Shown piece after piece: positions 63,128 to 64,000 of a stretch of 64,000 nucleotides of DNA. Position numbers and translations under genes: made by a program. Where the stretch lies: assembly GCA_026023565.1 (NCBI GenBank), contig JAPETS010000035.1, forward strand, positions 186,001 through 250,000. Reading direction: 5' to 3'. Under the pieces are notes generated by a model. That model did no database searches and was not told the origin of the DNA. It saw nothing but the letters and a program-made list of their open reading frames with translations. The first letter of the stretch is position 1. Each line of letters begins with the position of its first letter. Source of the stretch: Cirrosporium novae-zelandiae. Taxonomy: Eukaryota.

Positions 63128-64000
63128 CCTCAGTTTCCTGCTGGGAGGAAAACACCTCTTGTAGGTGATTTTTCATAGGATATGCTCTATTAAAGTGCAT
63201 ATGTAATTCATCTGTGATGTTAGTGAGTATTTCATATTGAAAAAATAGGTCATGTCATCGATACGAGGGGCATATCTTGTATCTATTCTCTATTCTCCAG
63301 CGGGGATCTAGGATGGGATTTAAAGCGTAGAATTAACCATCAACCGCTCTGAAAGCTCGCCAAGACCCTGAACTCGACGTGGTTTAAACCCTTTTAAATT
63401 GATCGCTCATGTGGATCTTCTTTTCAGGGTCTGAACAGGTTTTCGGGCGCTTGACATGAAATATCCACTCTTGAAACCCTGGCACTAATGTATATTCATT
63501 GGATTATAGGGCGAGATCAGGAACCATCATTCGGCAATTCCTTGGATGAGCGGACAGGGAAATAGACGGTATTTAACCGACAGCCAAGTCGCAGTCAAGT
63601 CACGAGGGAAATGCGGAGGAGATAGTCTTTGAACGAAGGATATATAGTGTCTATATCGAAATGCGGAGTGCGGAGTAAGACGTTCAGTTGTGGAGTCTGG
63701 AGTAGGTCAGGTGGAAGGCTGTGTGGAGTTGTCTACTCGAGTAGATGTAAGCAGGGCTGAAGAGCAACACCAAAATCATTCAGCATATTCGTGCGAGGAT
63801 GACTGTCATCTTGTGTGTAGGGTTGGAGAGTCACAACTGACTCAGTTAATTAGTATTAGGATTTTAAGGTCAGGACCTGAAGACCAAATCCATCTTATTT
63901 ATTTATGTATTGGAGGCAGCTGAAATTAAAGTAATAATGTAAATTATGTCGTGTACCCCTCCAAGATTATCGTTATTTCGGAGCTATTTGTGGGCGGTGT

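Overview
A 64 kb window from a filamentous ascomycete (Pezizomycotina-type GT-AG introns with CTRAC/CTAAC branch points). It holds about 16 intact protein-coding genes: a PDR-type ABC transporter, histone H2A.Z, heat-shock factor HSF1, a Pin4/Cip2-like RRM-R3H protein, the SelO/Fmp40 AMPylase, an aldo-keto reductase, an orphan protein with about 7 UIM-like motifs and a PPxY motif, an intronless arylsulfatase convergent with a Dal5/AstA-type MFS permease, an Ebp1/AFF-like protein, TFIIH p44 (SSL1), a predicted GPI-anchored protein, an SDR, PEX16 and CHS7. There is also one decayed BBE-type FAD oxidoreductase pseudogene. Intergenic regions, especially between convergent genes, are rich in microsatellites, and 55-64 kb has no gene I can recognise. 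The most notable non-genic signals are (i) a 334-bp MITE with CAC...GTG termini and a 5-bp target-site duplication, which is the Transib (RAG-ancestor) signature, (ii) a ~225-nt structured Pol III-like RNA candidate on the minus strand at about 44 kb, and (iii) the poly-UIM/PY orphan gene. All family assignments come from motif recognition by eye; no searches were run.
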